Shown: piece after piece, positions 1 through 11,847 of the stretch | How the letters are laid out: each line of letters begins with the position of its first letter | Position numbering within the stretch: position 1 is the stretch's first letter | NCBI GenBank assembly: GCA_963704165.1 | Contig: CAVPHD010000006.1 | Location: 32,001-96,000 of the forward strand | Origin: an uncultured delta proteobacterium | GTDB lineage: Bacteria > Myxococcota_A > UBA9160 > SZUA-336 | DNA length: 64,000 nt | Direction: 5' to 3' | Program-made: the position numbers and the translations under genes | The notes under the pieces: model-generated | What the model was told of the DNA's origin: nothing | Seen by the model: the letters and a program-made list of their open reading frames with translations, nothing else | Databases searched by the model: none

Positions 1-1891
1 TCGCAGGGAGCGGCAGGACCCACTCGCTCGTCAGCTCGAGGCCCCTCTCGTCGGCTCGGACACGGAGCAGGGAGAGCGTTTCCTCGACGATCTGACGCGG
101 CGAGCACGCGATGAACTCCACGCGCATGCGGCCGGCCTCGATCTTCGAGAGATCGAGCACGTCGTTGAGGATCGCGAGCAGGTGACGTCCGTTGCGCCGG
201 ATCGTGTCGACCAGCTCCGCGCGTTCGCCCACTTCGGCGTCGTGTTCCGCGAGCACGTCCGCGAAGCCGAGGATCGCCGTCATCGGCGTGCGCATCTCGT
301 GGCTCACGTTGGCGAGGAACTCGCTCTTGGCCTGGTTTGCGGCTTCGAGCGAGGCGTTGGTCTCGGCCAGCTCGCGCGTGCGCTCCGTGACCAGCTCTTC
401 GATCTGGCGCGTGCGCTCGCCGATCACGTGCAGCCAGCCCGTGAGCAGCCCCGTGATCACCCAGCCGACGATCAGCGCCGCGAGCGGAGTCCACGTCCGG
501 GTCGCTCGGAGAAAAGCCGGCGCGGGAGCCCAGATCGTCGGGAGGTTCCGATCTCCGAAGTGCAGCGTCGTGCGGATGGCGGCGTCCGTCGAGAGCCCGA
601 GGAGCCGCTTCGCGTCTCGCGGCTCGAGTGGCGTTTCGCGTGTGCTCTCCCAGCCCAGATGCACGACGCGTGCATCGGGCCCCGGCCCGTCGGTCACCAC
701 GACGTCGAGCCCGACGGGAAGCCAGTCGGCGAAGACCTGGTCGATCAACGGTCCCATCTTCACGATCGCCACCGCAAAGCCGCGGAGCTCGCTGACGGGG
801 CCGAACGGGTCGCTCCCGCCCTCGTAGATCGGCATCAGCATCAGATGCGTCGGCTCTCCGTCGGCCTCGTTCGGCAGGAGGATCGCGGGCGACGCCGCGA
901 TGTCGCGCGCGAGCCTCGCCTGCTCGATCGCGCCCGCGATCTCGGGAGACGACGTCAGCTCGTAGTCGAGCAAGCGTTCGTTGCCCGCCCGCGGAGCGAG
1001 CGCGGTGATGGCGAAGTGGTCTTCACCATCGCGCGTCGAGCGCGAGGCGAACGCGAACGCCTGCACCGACCAGGCGTGGATCAGCAACCGGTCGCCGAAG
1101 GCCTCGAACTCCTCCGGCGAAACGTACTCGGAAGCGTCGTGGAGACCCGCGACCGCGTCGAGCGCGTCGCTGACCACGGCGAAGCCGCGTTGGATCGAGA
1201 GCGTTCGTTCGAGCGCGGCGTGGTCCAGGCGACGCGCGGCCGCGTCGACCTCGAGCCGGTTCAGCGCGTCCCAGCCGGCGAAGCTCGCGGTCAGGCCGAT
1301 GATGACCGCGACGCGCACCGTCCAACTCGTCCGCGCGCCGAGGAGCGAGATCGCGATCGGGGTGAACGCGATCGTTCCGATCAGCTCCGACCCGAGCCAC
1401 GCGATCCAGGTCGACGACACCTCCCCGCGCGGCAACAGACCCGCCAGGTACATCACGGCGACGCCGTACGAAGAGCAGAAGAGCGCGACCAGCGGGGGCG
1501 CGACGATCACGACGCGCACCAGCGCGCGCAGATCGCGAATGTCCTGGCTCGACGCAACCCATCGCCCCGCGGCCGCGGCCACGAGGATCGCGAAGCTCGC
1601 GCCCGTCGCGTAGGTGAATGCAGCGAGCACGCGCGCGAGAGGTTCTTGGAAGTTGAGCGGCATCAGGAGCCCGACGGCGACGATCCCGCAGAAGAGCCCC
1701 GGCCAGACGCGCCAGCCCCAGATCAACGCACCCGCCAACGCGATTCCCGAGGCGGGCCAGACCGGCGCGATCCCGTCGGCGCGAACCGGCGTCATCCAGA
1801 CGACTTGCGCGCAGATCATGTACCCGGCCGCGAGGAGCAAATTGGCTCCCCAGGGGAATCTGCGGACGAGACTCGACCACGGCCCGGACAT
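1..1891 (-). CDS. Sensor histidine kinase with MASE1, CHASE-like and HisKA domains (runs off the window start)
   Basis: Manual translation from ATG 1891 gives MASE1-like 'IAPVWPASGIALAGALIWGWRVWPG'. The H-box 'AKSEFLANVSHEMRTPMTAILGF' near 260-340 is in the same frame. It is absent from the ORF track because no stop falls in the window. Confidence 0.85.
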   Translation of the reverse strand, partial: MSGPWSSLVRRFPWGANLLLAAGYMICAQVVWMTPVRADGIAPVWPASGIALAGALIWGWRVWPGLFCGIVAVGLLMPLNFQEPLARVLAAFTYATGASFAILVAAAAGRWVASSQDIRDLRALVRVVIVAPPLVALFCSSYGVAVMYLAGLLPRGEVSSTWIAWLGSELIGTIAFTPIAISLLGARTSWTVRVAVIIGLTASFAGWDALNRLEVDAAARRLDHAALERTLSIQRGFAVVSDALDAVAGLHDASEYVSPEEFEAFGDRLLIHAWSVQAFAFASRSTRDGEDHFAITALAPRAGNERLLDYELTSSPEIAGAIEQARLARDIAASPAILLPNEADGEPTHLMLMPIYEGGSDPFGPVSELRGFAVAIVKMGPLIDQVFADWLPVGLDVVVTDGPGPDARVVHLGWESTRETPLEPRDAKRLLGLSTDAAIRTTLHFGDRNLPTIWAPAPAFLRATRTWTPLAALIVGWVITGLLTGWLHVIGERTRQIEELVTERTRELAETNASLEAANQAKSEFLANVSHEMRTPMTAILGFADVLAEHDAEVGERAELVDTIRRNGRHLLAILNDVLDLSKIEAGRMRVEFIACSPRQIVEETLSLLRVRADERGLELTSEWVLPLPA

Positions 1892-1897
1892 GTTCCT

Positions 1898-1926
1898 CGT
1901 ATCGGGAAGGACCCGTTTCGGCTTTG
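1898..1926 (-). promoter_or_regulatory. Possible sigma28/FliA-like promoter of the kinase gene
   Basis: Minus strand reads CAAAG...CCCGATAC (CAAA-N16-cCCGATAC versus consensus TAAA-N15-GCCGATAA), just before GAGGA and the ATG. Confidence 0.35.
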
Positions 1927-2024
1927 GAGTCAGATCACGCGCGAGGCGCGGATCTGTGGCGGACGCTTCCGCGAACGGGCCATGTACGACACCCCTGTCT
2001 CGCGGGTGTCGACACCGCAAACGG

Positions 2025-2750
2025 TCAGTGGCTCGCGAACCCCCGTCGGAGAACGAGGAGCGCGACGCCGGTGGAGAGAAGCCATACGGCCGACGGTTCG
2101 GGAACGGCGGTCACGACGACGTTGTCGATCTTGCCGTAGTCGCCCTCGCCATTGTCGAGCCAGAACGCGACCCAGATCGAGGCTTGGTTGTCGGGCAGCG
2201 CGAAGTTCGCGTGCTGCATGACATCGTTCTTGCCGCTGAGCAGCGGCGTCCAGTTCGACCACGCGTAGGGCGTCGATCGCGCGTCGAAGAAGTCGCTCGA
2301 TGCGAAAGCCGGAATCGCGCCGACGAAGTAGCCCACCCGGAGCCGATCCGCGCCCGAAGCCGAGAATGTCCGCCAGTCGAAGTCGAGCAGCGTGTTCGTC
2401 ATCCCGATCGTGTTGACCTGGAACACGAGACCCGCTTCGTCCTCGAAGCGACCGACCGGCGTGAGATTCGCGGAGCTGCCATAGCGCTGGACCGCGAGGT
2501 CGTTGTTGATCGTGCCGCTGTTGCTCGGGTTCTCGAATCGGATCCCGTACCACCTCTCGTCGGCGCCCTCGGCGATCGTCGGAAGCCCAAGATTCACCGG
2601 ATCGTTCGCGGGATCGAAGGATGGAAAGCTCGTGTAGCCGTTGAACGTCTCCAGGAAGAGCGTCGCTGCGCCTGCGGGGCTCGCACCGAGGCCGAGCGCG
2701 CCGGATATGGCCGTGACGATCAGAGCTGCCCTTGCGATTCGAAGCGACAT
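2025..2750 (-). CDS. PEP-CTERM sorting-domain surface protein
   Basis: Signal peptide 'MSLRIARAALIVTAISGALGLGASPAGA'. C-terminus 'VPEPSAVWLLSTGVALLVLRRGF' has PEP, a TM helix and basic residues. GGAGGGAG RBS precedes ATG 2750. Confidence 0.9.
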   Translation of the reverse strand: MSLRIARAALIVTAISGALGLGASPAGAATLFLETFNGYTSFPSFDPANDPVNLGLPTIAEGADERWYGIRFENPSNSGTINNDLAVQRYGSSANLTPVGRFEDEAGLVFQVNTIGMTNTLLDFDWRTFSASGADRLRVGYFVGAIPAFASSDFFDARSTPYAWSNWTPLLSGKNDVMQHANFALPDNQASIWVAFWLDNGEGDYGKIDNVVVTAVPEPSAVWLLSTGVALLVLRRGFASH

Positions 2751-2915
2751 CCGAGTCTCCCTCCGACGCTCGACGCTGAGAACTCTTGAATCGCGTGGTG
2801 TGAATCGACCACGCGACCGAGGGCATCCTACCCGCACCGAGTCCGGCAGCACAACGAAATTGTGCAGTTCCGCCACAGAGAGACTGCGTCGTATGTGAAC
2901 CCGGAGAGGGCGGGA

Positions 2916-4396
2916 TCAGCGCATGCGCTCGAAGCTCTCGAGCTTGGGCTGCGCCATCTCGTCGCGGAAGCGCTCGAAGGTCCACGGCCAGATCGCGGGG
3001 ATGCCGCGGTCGTCGAGGTACCAGCTCCGGCAGCCGGTGGTCCAGATGCGTGTTCTTCGCGGCCATCTCGCTGCGCTCGGCCTCGAACGTCTCCGTCGCA
3101 GCCTCGCGCTCGGGCTGATCTCTCGGCAGCGGCCCGACGCGGAGCTGCTCGACGAGCTGCAGGATGTAGCCGAACTGCAGCTCGGCGACCTCGATCAGCG
3201 AGAAGTTCCCGACCGGTCCGTTCGGGCCGTTCAGCATGAAGAGGTTCGGGAAGTCCGGAATCGAGATCGACGAGGTACGCGCTCGGCCGCTTCGCCCAGA
3301 CGCTCGTCGAGCGTGACGCCGCCGCGCGCCGACGATCTTCGATCGGGCCGCATGAAGCGATCGACCGGAAGCCGGTCGCGAGCACGAGCACGTCGAGCTC
3401 GTGCAGGCGCCCGTCCGCGCGTTCGCACGCCCTCGGCTCGATGCGCTCGATCGCCTCGGTCACGAGCTCGGCGTTCGGCTTCTGGATCGCGGCGTAGAAG
3501 TCCGGCGAGATGACGAGCCGCTTGCACGCCGCGCGGTAGTTCGGCCGCAGCTTCTCGCGCAGCACGGGATCGGTCACGCTGGTCTCGAGGTTCGCGCAGG
3601 CACGCCGCCTCGATCACCTTCATCTGCGGCGAGTTCGCATCGACCACGGCGTTCGCGAACATGCCGGCGAACAGACTGCGACATGTTCTCGTGCAGCTCG
3701 CGCAGGAGCTCCGGGTTGCGGCGGAAGCTCTCCTTCTCCTCCTCGCTGTAGGCGAGGTTCTCGTGCGGCATGATCCACTGCGGCGGTGCGCTGGAAGAGC
3801 GAGAGCTTCGCCGACGCGGTCGACGAGCGCCGAGACGATCTGCACCGCCGTCGAGCCGGTGCCGATGATGCCCGACGCGCCGCCCGTCGAGCGTCGCCGT
3901 GTGATCCCAGCGCGCGCTGTGGAAGCACGCGCCGGCGAAGCGAGTCGAGGCCCGCGATGTCGGGCATGCGCGGGTGGTGCAGGACGCCGGTGGCCGCGAT
4001 CACGACGTCGGCCTGGTCGCGAGGCCCCGACTTCATCTCGAGCTGCCAGCGACCCTCGCGGAATTCGGCCATCGCGAGCTCCTGGCCATACCGGATGAGC
4101 TTCTCGACGCCGTACTTGCGCGCGACGCCCTCGAAGTACGTCTGGATCTCGCCGCCGAGGCGAGAAGTGCTCGGCTCCAGTCGGGATTCGGCTCGAAGGA
4201 GTAGGTGTAGAGGTGCGACGGCACGTCGCATGCGACGCCGGGGTATGTGTTCTCGCGCCACGTCCCGCCGAGCCGGTCCGTCTTCTCGTAGATCGTGATG
4301 TCGCGTGAAGCCGGCCTCGTGCAGCTTGATGGCCGACAGGATTCCCGACATTCCCGCACCGATGATCGCGAATCGAAGCTCCCGCTCGCCCGACAT
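2916..4396 (-). CDS. Flavin-containing (Baeyer-Villiger-type) monooxygenase, multiply frameshifted
   Basis: Collinear fragments in several frames: '[10 protein letters not shown]', '[25 protein letters not shown]', '[15 protein letters not shown]', 'DVLVLATGF', 'GPNGP', '[12 protein letters not shown]...ERMR*'. Confidence 0.85.
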
Positions 4397-4493
4397 GCGC
4401 ACCTCCACCTGGGTTTCGTGGAATCCGCCTTCAATTCGCGCGCCAGCGAGCGCTGCGCTCCTCGAGCGGGCCGCGTGTATATTCCGCGCGGGC

Positions 4494-5794
4494 ATGAGCA
4501 ACGTCGCGCTCGCGGTGCAGTTCTTCCTCCAGCTGGCCGCCATCCTGGCGTTCTGCCGGATCGTCGGCGCCGTCGCTGCGAGACTCGGCCAACCGCAGGT
4601 CGTGGCCGAGATGATCGCGGGCGTGATGCTCGGCCCCTCGCTCTTCGGGCTGCTGCTGCCGGAGGCCCAGGCGTGGCTCTTTCCGTGGGACGAGACGCCA
4701 GTCGGGGCGCGACACGCAGAGCTACCTCTTCCCCGCCTCGCAGCTCGGCCTCGCCCTGTACATGTTCGTGGTCGGCATGGAGTTCCGCACCGACATCGTA
4801 CGGCGCCGACTGCGGAGCTCGATCGTCGTCTCGCTCGCCGGGATGGCCGCGCCGTTCGCGCTCGGCGCCGGTCTGGCCTGGGTCTTCTTCCATCACACGG
4901 ACTGTTCCCGGCGCAGACGACGCTCGTCGAGGCGATGCTCTTCCTCGGCGCATCGATGTGCATCACGGCGTTCCCGATGCTCGCGCGGATCATCCACTTC
5001 AAGCGGCTCGCGGGCACCACGATGGGTACCGTCGCGCTCGGCGCGGGCGCGATCGACGACGCCACCGCGTGGTGTCTGCTCGCGGTCGTGCTCGCGAGCT
5101 TCGACGGCGATTGGAGCCACGCCATCTACAACATCGGCGGCGGACTCGCGTACGTGGCCTTCGCGCTCGGCGTGCTCCGCCCGCTTCTCCGCCGCGCACA
5201 GCACTGGTTGCTCCGCGACGGCGCCCTGGGCGAAACCGGGCCTCGCCGTCGGTCTCGCGTTCCTGTCGGTCGGCGCGTGGTTCACGGATTGGATCGGCCT
5301 GCACGCGGTCTTCGGCGCGTTCGTGATGGGAGCGGCGATGCCGCGCGGTGTCGTATCGCGCGGACTGACCACACGCATCGAGCCGCTCACCGTGGCGCTT
5401 CTGCTGCCCGCTCTTCTTCACCTACTCGGGTCTGAACACGAAGATCGGCCTGCTCGACTCGGCGTCGCTCTGGCTGATCTGCGGCGCGGTCCTCGTCGCA
5501 GCGGTGCTCGGCAAGGGCGTCGCATGCGGGCTCGCGGCGCGCGCGACGGGCATCGCCTCGCGCGAGGCGATCGGCATCGGCGCGCTGATGAACGCGCGCG
5601 GGCTGATGGAGCTGATCATCATCAACATCGGCCTCGCTCGCGGCGTGATCTCGAACGAGCTCTTCGCCACGCTCGTGATCATGGCGATCATCACGACGCT
5701 GATGGCCTCGCCGATCTTCGAGCTCGTCGTCGGCAGTGGGAACGTCGTGGCCGAACCGGAAGCGGACGCGTCGCGCGACGCCGAAGCGGCCTGA
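4494..5794 (+). CDS. CPA2-family cation:proton antiporter, frameshifted
   Basis: '[22 protein letters not shown]', '[12 protein letters not shown]', 'GAIDD', 'GLHAVFGAF' and '[14 protein letters not shown]' occur across frames. Confidence 0.85.
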
Positions 5795-5816
5795 CCTCGG
5801 GGAGAGCGGGCGGCCG

Positions 5817-6993
5817 CTAGCCGGGTTGCCCGTCGAGACGCGGACGCACGAGCATCGGCACGTAGTGCAGCAGGAAGACCGCGTACGCCGCGGCCCAGAG
5901 AAACGCGGCGAGCGCGATCACGTGCAGGTACGGATCGGGAAACACGAGCGCGCCCAGCGTGCGCACGAGCGCGGCGGCGCTGACGAGCAGATAGGCGATG
6001 GTCGCGGCGCGCGGAGCCAGGCAGCGGACGGCCGGTGTGACCGAGCACGACGCGGGTCATCACGGCGAGAATCATCGTGCCGATCGCGCCCGTCGTCTCG
6101 GCGTGCAGGCCGACGCTCGACGGGATCGCGCCCGTGAGGTCGGCGAGCGCGACCGCGCCGAGCCCGATCGCGACCCACGCATAGCCGAGATGCAGCGACC
6201 AGAGCAGCGGATCGTGCTTCGTGCGCAGCGTCTGCCAGCCGGACATGCGCAGAGCGACGGCGAGCGCGGCGAAGAGCGCGATCGCTCCGCTCGCGGCCGT
6301 GCGCGGGAAGAGCAGGTTCGCGAGCGCGACGCCGACCGCCCCGACGATCGCGGCGCGGTCGAGCCACGGCCGGGTGACGACGACGGCTGCGATGCCGTCA
6401 CGGCGGAAGGTGTTCGCGGTGAAGGCCGGCGTGATGCGGCCACCCATCACGACGATCAGGACGATCGCGAGATCGACGCCGACGCGAAGACGCGATCGGC
6501 GCCAGGCCGGGCGCGAGGCCCAGCGCGTCGAGATGCGCGATGACGTTCAGGAGCGCGAGCGCCGTCAGGATCAGCGGGAAGCCGAAGTTCCGCTTCTGCC
6601 GCGCGGCGACGATCGGCCGCGCGATCACGAACGCGAGCGCCGGCAGGAACGCGACGTCGATCGCCCGCGACCCACGCGACGCGGAACGACCCCCGCGAAG
6701 ACCATCGCGACGCGGCCGGCGAGCCAGAGCGCCGCGAGAGCTCCGAGCCCGGCGCCGGTGACCGGTCGCGACTGCGTCCAGGTCGGCGCCGCCGTGAGCA
6801 GGAACCCGGATGCGGCCGCGACGACGAAGCCGAAGACCATCTCGTGCGCGTGCCAGAGCGAGGGCGTGTAGGCGAGCCAGCCCGGCTCGGGCAGGACGCC
6901 CGCGTAGATCGCGAGCCAGGCGAGCACGGCGACCGACGCCTGCAGGCCCGCGAGCAGGAAGAACGGACGGAACGCGCGACCGAGCAGCGTCAC
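5817..6993 (-). CDS. nnrS: NnrS-family membrane protein, frameshifted
   Basis: 'AFRPFFL', 'WHAHEMVFGF...GFLLTA', 'GGRITPAFT', 'PLLWSLHLGYAW', 'MILAVMTRVVLGHTGR' and C-terminal 'PRLDGQPG*'. Confidence 0.85.
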
Positions 6994-8185
6994 GCCGGGA
7001 CCGCGGTCGTCGAGCACGCAGCGCACGCCGCCGACATCCATCTCGGCGACGCAGACGTTGCAGTGCGTGCAGCGCGAGCGCGCGCGCCGCATCGCTCGCC
7101 ATGCGCCGAACCAGATCGGGATCGGCGATCAGCGCGCGGCCCATCGCGACGAAGTCGAACCCTTCCGCCATCGCGGCGTCGACGTTCGCGCGCGAGACGA
7201 TCCCGCCGAGCAGGACGAGCGGCATGCGACACGGCCGCTCGCACCTCGCGCGCCTGCTTCAGGAAGAACATCTCCTCGAACGGGTACTCGCGGATCACGC
7301 GCTCGCCAAAGTAGCGCAGCACGAACTTCTGCCCATCCGGCTCTTGTCCGCCGCGATCATCTCGGCGAGCGGGCGCTGGCCGCGGAACAGGTAGAACGGC
7401 GACTTGCTCGTGAAGCCGCCGGACAGCACGAGGGCGCTCGCGCCCTCGCGCTCGAGCAGGCGCGCGAGCGCGACCGCGTCGGGAAGCTCGAGCCCGCCGC
7501 GGAAGCCGTCGCGCAGGTTCATCTTGCACAGGATCGGAAAGCCCGGCGCCGACCACCTCGCGCACGCGCCGCAGCACCTCGAGCGAGAACCGCGCGCGGG
7601 CCTCGAGATCGCCGCCGTAGCCGTCCTTGCGCCGGTTCGTCGCCGGGCGAGAGGAACTGCGAGAGCAGGTAGCCGTGACCGAGGTGGAGCTCGACCGCGT
7701 CGAAGCCGGCGTCGCGCGCCAGACCCGACGCGCGACCGAAGTCCTCGACCACGCGCGCGATCTCGCGCGCGTTCATCGCAAGCGCCAGCGGCTCGCCCGC
7801 GCTGAGCCCGTAGCCGTTCACGGCGAGCGACGGGCCGCGCGGAAACCACGTCGAGAGCTCCGCGTTCTTCGTGAACCAGCCGCAGTGACCGAGCTGGAGC
7901 GACGCCGCGCCGCCCTCGCGGTGCACCGCGTCGGTGACGCGGCGCAACGGCGACACCGTCTCGGGCCGCATCGTCATCTGCTCCGCGAACGTGCGGCCGT
8001 CGGGCGAGACCGCGCAGTACGCGACGGTCGTCAGCCCGACGCCCGCCGGCGGCGAGCACGCGGTGGTGCTCGACGAGCGCGTCCGACGGGATCCCGCCCG
8101 GGCACATGCCCTCGTAGGTCGCCGTCTTGATCACGCGGTTGCGCAGGTCGAGCGCGCCGAGGCGCGCGGGCGCGAAAGCATTCAT
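6990..8185 (-). CDS. NADH:flavin oxidoreductase (Old Yellow Enzyme family), frameshifted
   Basis: 'LRNRVIKTATYEG', 'SLQLGHCG', 'AGFDAVELHLGHGYLLSQFLSP', 'DFVAMGRALIADPDL' and 'CTHCNVC'. Confidence 0.85.
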
Positions 8186-8198
8186 TTCCGTGTCCACC

Positions 8199-8967
8199 TC
8201 AGAAGCGATCGGGTCGGATCTCGGCGTCGTTCCCGCCGTCGATGTAGTGGATCGAGCCGTGGATCCAGCTCGCGCGGCGACCGAGCAGGAACGCCGCGAA
8301 CTCGGCGATCTCCTCGGGCTCGCCGATCCGCCCGAGCGGGATCTGAGAGCCTTTCGATCGCAGCGCCGGTGACGGGATCGGCCATGTCCCCCGCGAGCAG
8401 CGGCGTTCTCACCGGACCGGGCGCGACGGCGTTGAGCCGCACACCCGCGCGTCCCCAGTCGCCCGCTCGCCGACGCACGGCGCGCCCGAGTGCGTGCTTC
8501 GCGCCGAGGTACGCGACGATCGAGCTGTCGCCGGCGTCGGCGAGCCGGCGCGCCTCGGCCTCGTCCTGCGCGAGCAGCGCGACGACGTACGGATGCTCGT
8601 CGAGCCGGGCCATCTGCGCGGAGTTCGAGCAGACCACGAGCGCCGCGGGATCGGTGCCCGAGCGCAGCGCGGGAAGCAGGCGATCGAGAACCTCGACCGC
8701 CCCGAAGAAGTTCACCGAAGCGACGCGCGACGGCGGCCGCACGTGCGTCCCCACGCCGGCCGAGAGCACCAGCCGATCCAGGCACTGCTCACTTCGCGAG
8801 AGCACGGCCTCGACCGCCGCCTCCCGGCCATCGCGCGTCGAGAGATCCGCGATCACCTCGGCGTCCCGCAGATCGATCCCGATCACCCGCGCGCCATCCG
8901 CCTCGAGGCGGCGTCGGATCGCCGCGCCAATCCCCGACGCGCTGCCCGTGACCGCGGCGACGCTCAT
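8199..8967 (-). CDS. SDR oxidoreductase (3-alpha-hydroxysteroid dehydrogenase-like), frameshift near the 3' end
   Basis: 'VTGSASGIG', 'ADLST', YxxxK 'YLGAK', 'VRLNAVAPG' and terminal 'GSILYIDGG'. The start overlaps the asnS stop (TGATG). Confidence 0.85.
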
Positions 8968-10321
8968 CAGAACTCCGCGTACCCGGGAACGCGCGGAAAC
9001 GGAATGACGTCGCGGATGTTCGCCATTCCCGTCAGGTAGAGCACGAGCCGTTCGAAGCCCAGACCGAAGCCCGCGTGCGGCACCGATCCGAAGCGCCGCA
9101 GGTCGAGGTACCACTGGTACGGCGACTCGGGAAGGCCGCACTCCGCCAGGCGCGCGCGCAGCACATCGACCCGGTCCTCGCGCTGCGAGCCCCCGATGAT
9201 CTCGCCGACCTTCGGCACGAGCACGTCCATCGCCCGCACGGTCCGGTCGTCGTCGTTCAGGTACATGTAGAAGGCTTTGATCGTCTTCGGGTAGTCGGTG
9301 ACGATCACGGGGCGGCCGACGTGCGTCTCGGTCAGGTAGCGCTCGTGCTCGCTCGCGAGGTCGGCGCCCCACTTCACCGGAAACTCGAAGTCCTGGCCGG
9401 AACGCTTCGAGGATCGCGACCGCATCTCCGTAGGTCAGGTGCTCGAACGCGCTCTCGGCCACGTGCTCGAGCGTCGCGCGCAGTCCCTTCGAGATCCGCT
9501 CGTCGAAGAACGCGAGGTCCTCGGCCGACTCGTCGAGGACGGCCTTCACCACGTAGCGCAGGAACGACTGGGCGAGATCCATGTCGCCGCGCAGATCGCA
9601 GAAGGCCATCTCGGGCTCGATCATCCAGAACTCCGCGAGGTGGCGGCTGGTGTTCGAGTTCTCGGCGCGGAAGGTCGGTCCGAAGCGTGTAGACGTTCGA
9701 GAGCGCGAGCGCGCCGATCTCGGCCTCGAGCTGGCCCGAGACGGTCAGGAACGCGGGCCGGCCGAAGAACTCCGCCGTCGAACTCCGGCACGGTCACGCG
9801 GAACATCGAGCCCGCCCCCTCCGCGTCGCTCGTCGTGATGATCGGCGTGTGCAGCCAGACGAAGCCCCGCTCCTGGAAGAAGCGGTGCACGGCGCGCGCG
9901 GCGACGTTTCGCACGCGCAGCACCGCGCCGAGCGTGTTCGTGCGCGGGCGCAGGTGGGCGATCGTGCGCAGGAACTCGAAGCCGTGGCGCTTCTTCTGCA
10001 GCGGATAGTCGGGATCGGCCCAGCCGACGACCTCGAGCCGCGTGGCGCGAAGCTCGACGCGTCTGCCCCTTGCCCTGCGAGGGAACGAGCTCACCGTCGA
10101 CCACGACCGCGCAGCCGGTGTCGAGCTTCGACGATCTCCGCTTCGTAGTTCGCAAGCTCGGGACCGGCGACGACCTGCAGCCCCGCGAGGCTCGATCCGT
10201 CGGAGAGATCGAGGAACGAGACGCCCTTCGAGTGCCGCGCCGTGCGCAGCCAGCCGCGCACGCCGACCGATTCGCCCGCGCTTCCGCGCGCGAGCAGGTC
10301 CACGACCCGCGAGAACGCCAT
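8967..10321 (-). CDS. asnS: Asparagine--tRNA ligase, frameshifted
   Basis: '[16 protein letters not shown]', '[25 protein letters not shown]', 'MIEPEMAF', '[10 protein letters not shown]', '[10 protein letters not shown]', '[11 protein letters not shown]' and 'IRDVIPFPR'. Confidence 0.95.
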
Positions 10322-10411
10322 CCACCTCTCCCCGGAGCCGATCCGTTCGGGCCATCCTAGCGGAGCGAGATTGACAGCGAGAGTGCGTTTCCGTTTCATC
10401 CGCGCGCGCGC

Positions 10412-11847
10412 ATGTCAGACGACCCCGACGACGAGCGGCCGTTCGGAATCCTGGGCGGACGACGCTACCCGCGAGTGCCGATCGCGCGCGACGCGGCGAT
10501 CCTCCGCCGCGACCTCGCCTACGTCCACACCGACGCGATCGCCGCGAGCGTGATGGTCGGCACCGGCGAGACCTACATCGCCGCGTTCGCGCTCGCGCTC
10601 GGCCTCGGCGACATCGTCGCCGGCATCGTCGCGTCGGGGCCGCTGCTCGCCGGCGCGGTGCTCCAGCTGATCTCACCCTGGGCGGTTCGACGTCTCGGCT
10701 CGCACCGACGCTGGGTGGTGTGGACGGCCGGAGCTGCAGGCCGCGAGCTTCGTCGCCGCTGATCGTCGCCGCGCTGCTCGGACGGCTCAGCGCCATCGGC
10801 TTGCTCGCGATCGCGACCTTCTACTGGGCCACCGGCATGGCCGCGGGCCCGGCCTGGAACACCTGGGTCGGCACGATCGTTCCCCGCCGCCTGCGCGCGC
10901 GCTTCTTCGCGCGTCGCAGCCGCGTCGGCCAGGCGGCGCTGCTCGCGGGCCTGCTCGGCGGCGGCGCGATCCTGCACGTCTGCGAGTCGGCGGGAGAGAA
11001 GCTGATCGGCTTCGCGCTGCTCTTCGCGCTCGCGGGAGCTGGCGCGCGGCGTATCTCTGCCTGGCTGCTCGCGCACCAGAGCGAGCCGGACCCGCTCGTC
11101 GAACGCGTGAGCGGCGGCCTCGACCTCGCGCCCCCGCCCTCGACCCCCGGCAATCGCCGTCTGCTCGCGTACCTGCTCGCGGTGCAGACGAGCGTGCACA
11201 TCGCTGCGCCCTTCTTCACGCCCTACATGCTCGGCGAGGGCGCGCTCGGCCTCTCGTACGTCGGCTACATGACGCTGATCGCGGCGTCGTTCGTCTCGAA
11301 GATCTTCGCGCTGCCCTGGCTCGGGCACTTCTCGGCGCGGCACGGCGCACGGCGATTGCTGCGGCTCGCGGGCCTCTCGATCGTGCCGCTGCCCGCACTC
11401 TGGACGTTCTCGAACGACTTTTCGGTTCTGCTCGCGATCCAGCTCGTCAGCGGCGTCGCGTGGGGCGCGCACGAGCTCGCCACCTTCCTGCTCTTCTTCG
11501 ACGCGATCCGCCCGGAGGAGCGCACGCGTGTGCTCACCTGGTTCAACCTGGCGAGCGCGACGGCCATGGTCGTCGGAGCCGCGGCCGGCGGCTGGTTCCT
11601 GAGCTCGCAGGGCGCCGATCTGCCCGGCTACGCGACACTTTTCTGGATCAGCGCGGGAGCACGCGCGCTGACGCTGCCGCTGCTCGCGTGGATGCCGGAC
11701 ATCAAGATCTCGGCCCCGCCGCCGGCGATGCGCATTCTGGCGGCGCGTCCGTCCTCGGGCTCGATCGACCGGCCGGTGCTCTCCGACCGCGAGGACAGCC
11801 CGATCGACGGGCCGCCCGAGCCCGCCCCGCTCAGCGCGCCTCCGTAG
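10412..11847 (+). CDS. MFS transporter, frameshift near 10740
   Basis: Multiple TM segments; '[18 protein letters not shown]', 'PFFTPYML' and '[14 protein letters not shown]'. Confidence 0.75.

Noticed and set aside
1987..2016. 8-bp hairpin and overlapping 12-bp palindrome after the PEP-CTERM gene
   Set aside because: There is no U-tract and the stem is short in GC-rich DNA, so it cannot be distinguished from chance.
8182..9624. Apparent AsnS-SDR fusion ORF
   Set aside because: Frameshift artefact. asnS ends 'PGYAEF*' at 8967, overlapping the SDR ATG.
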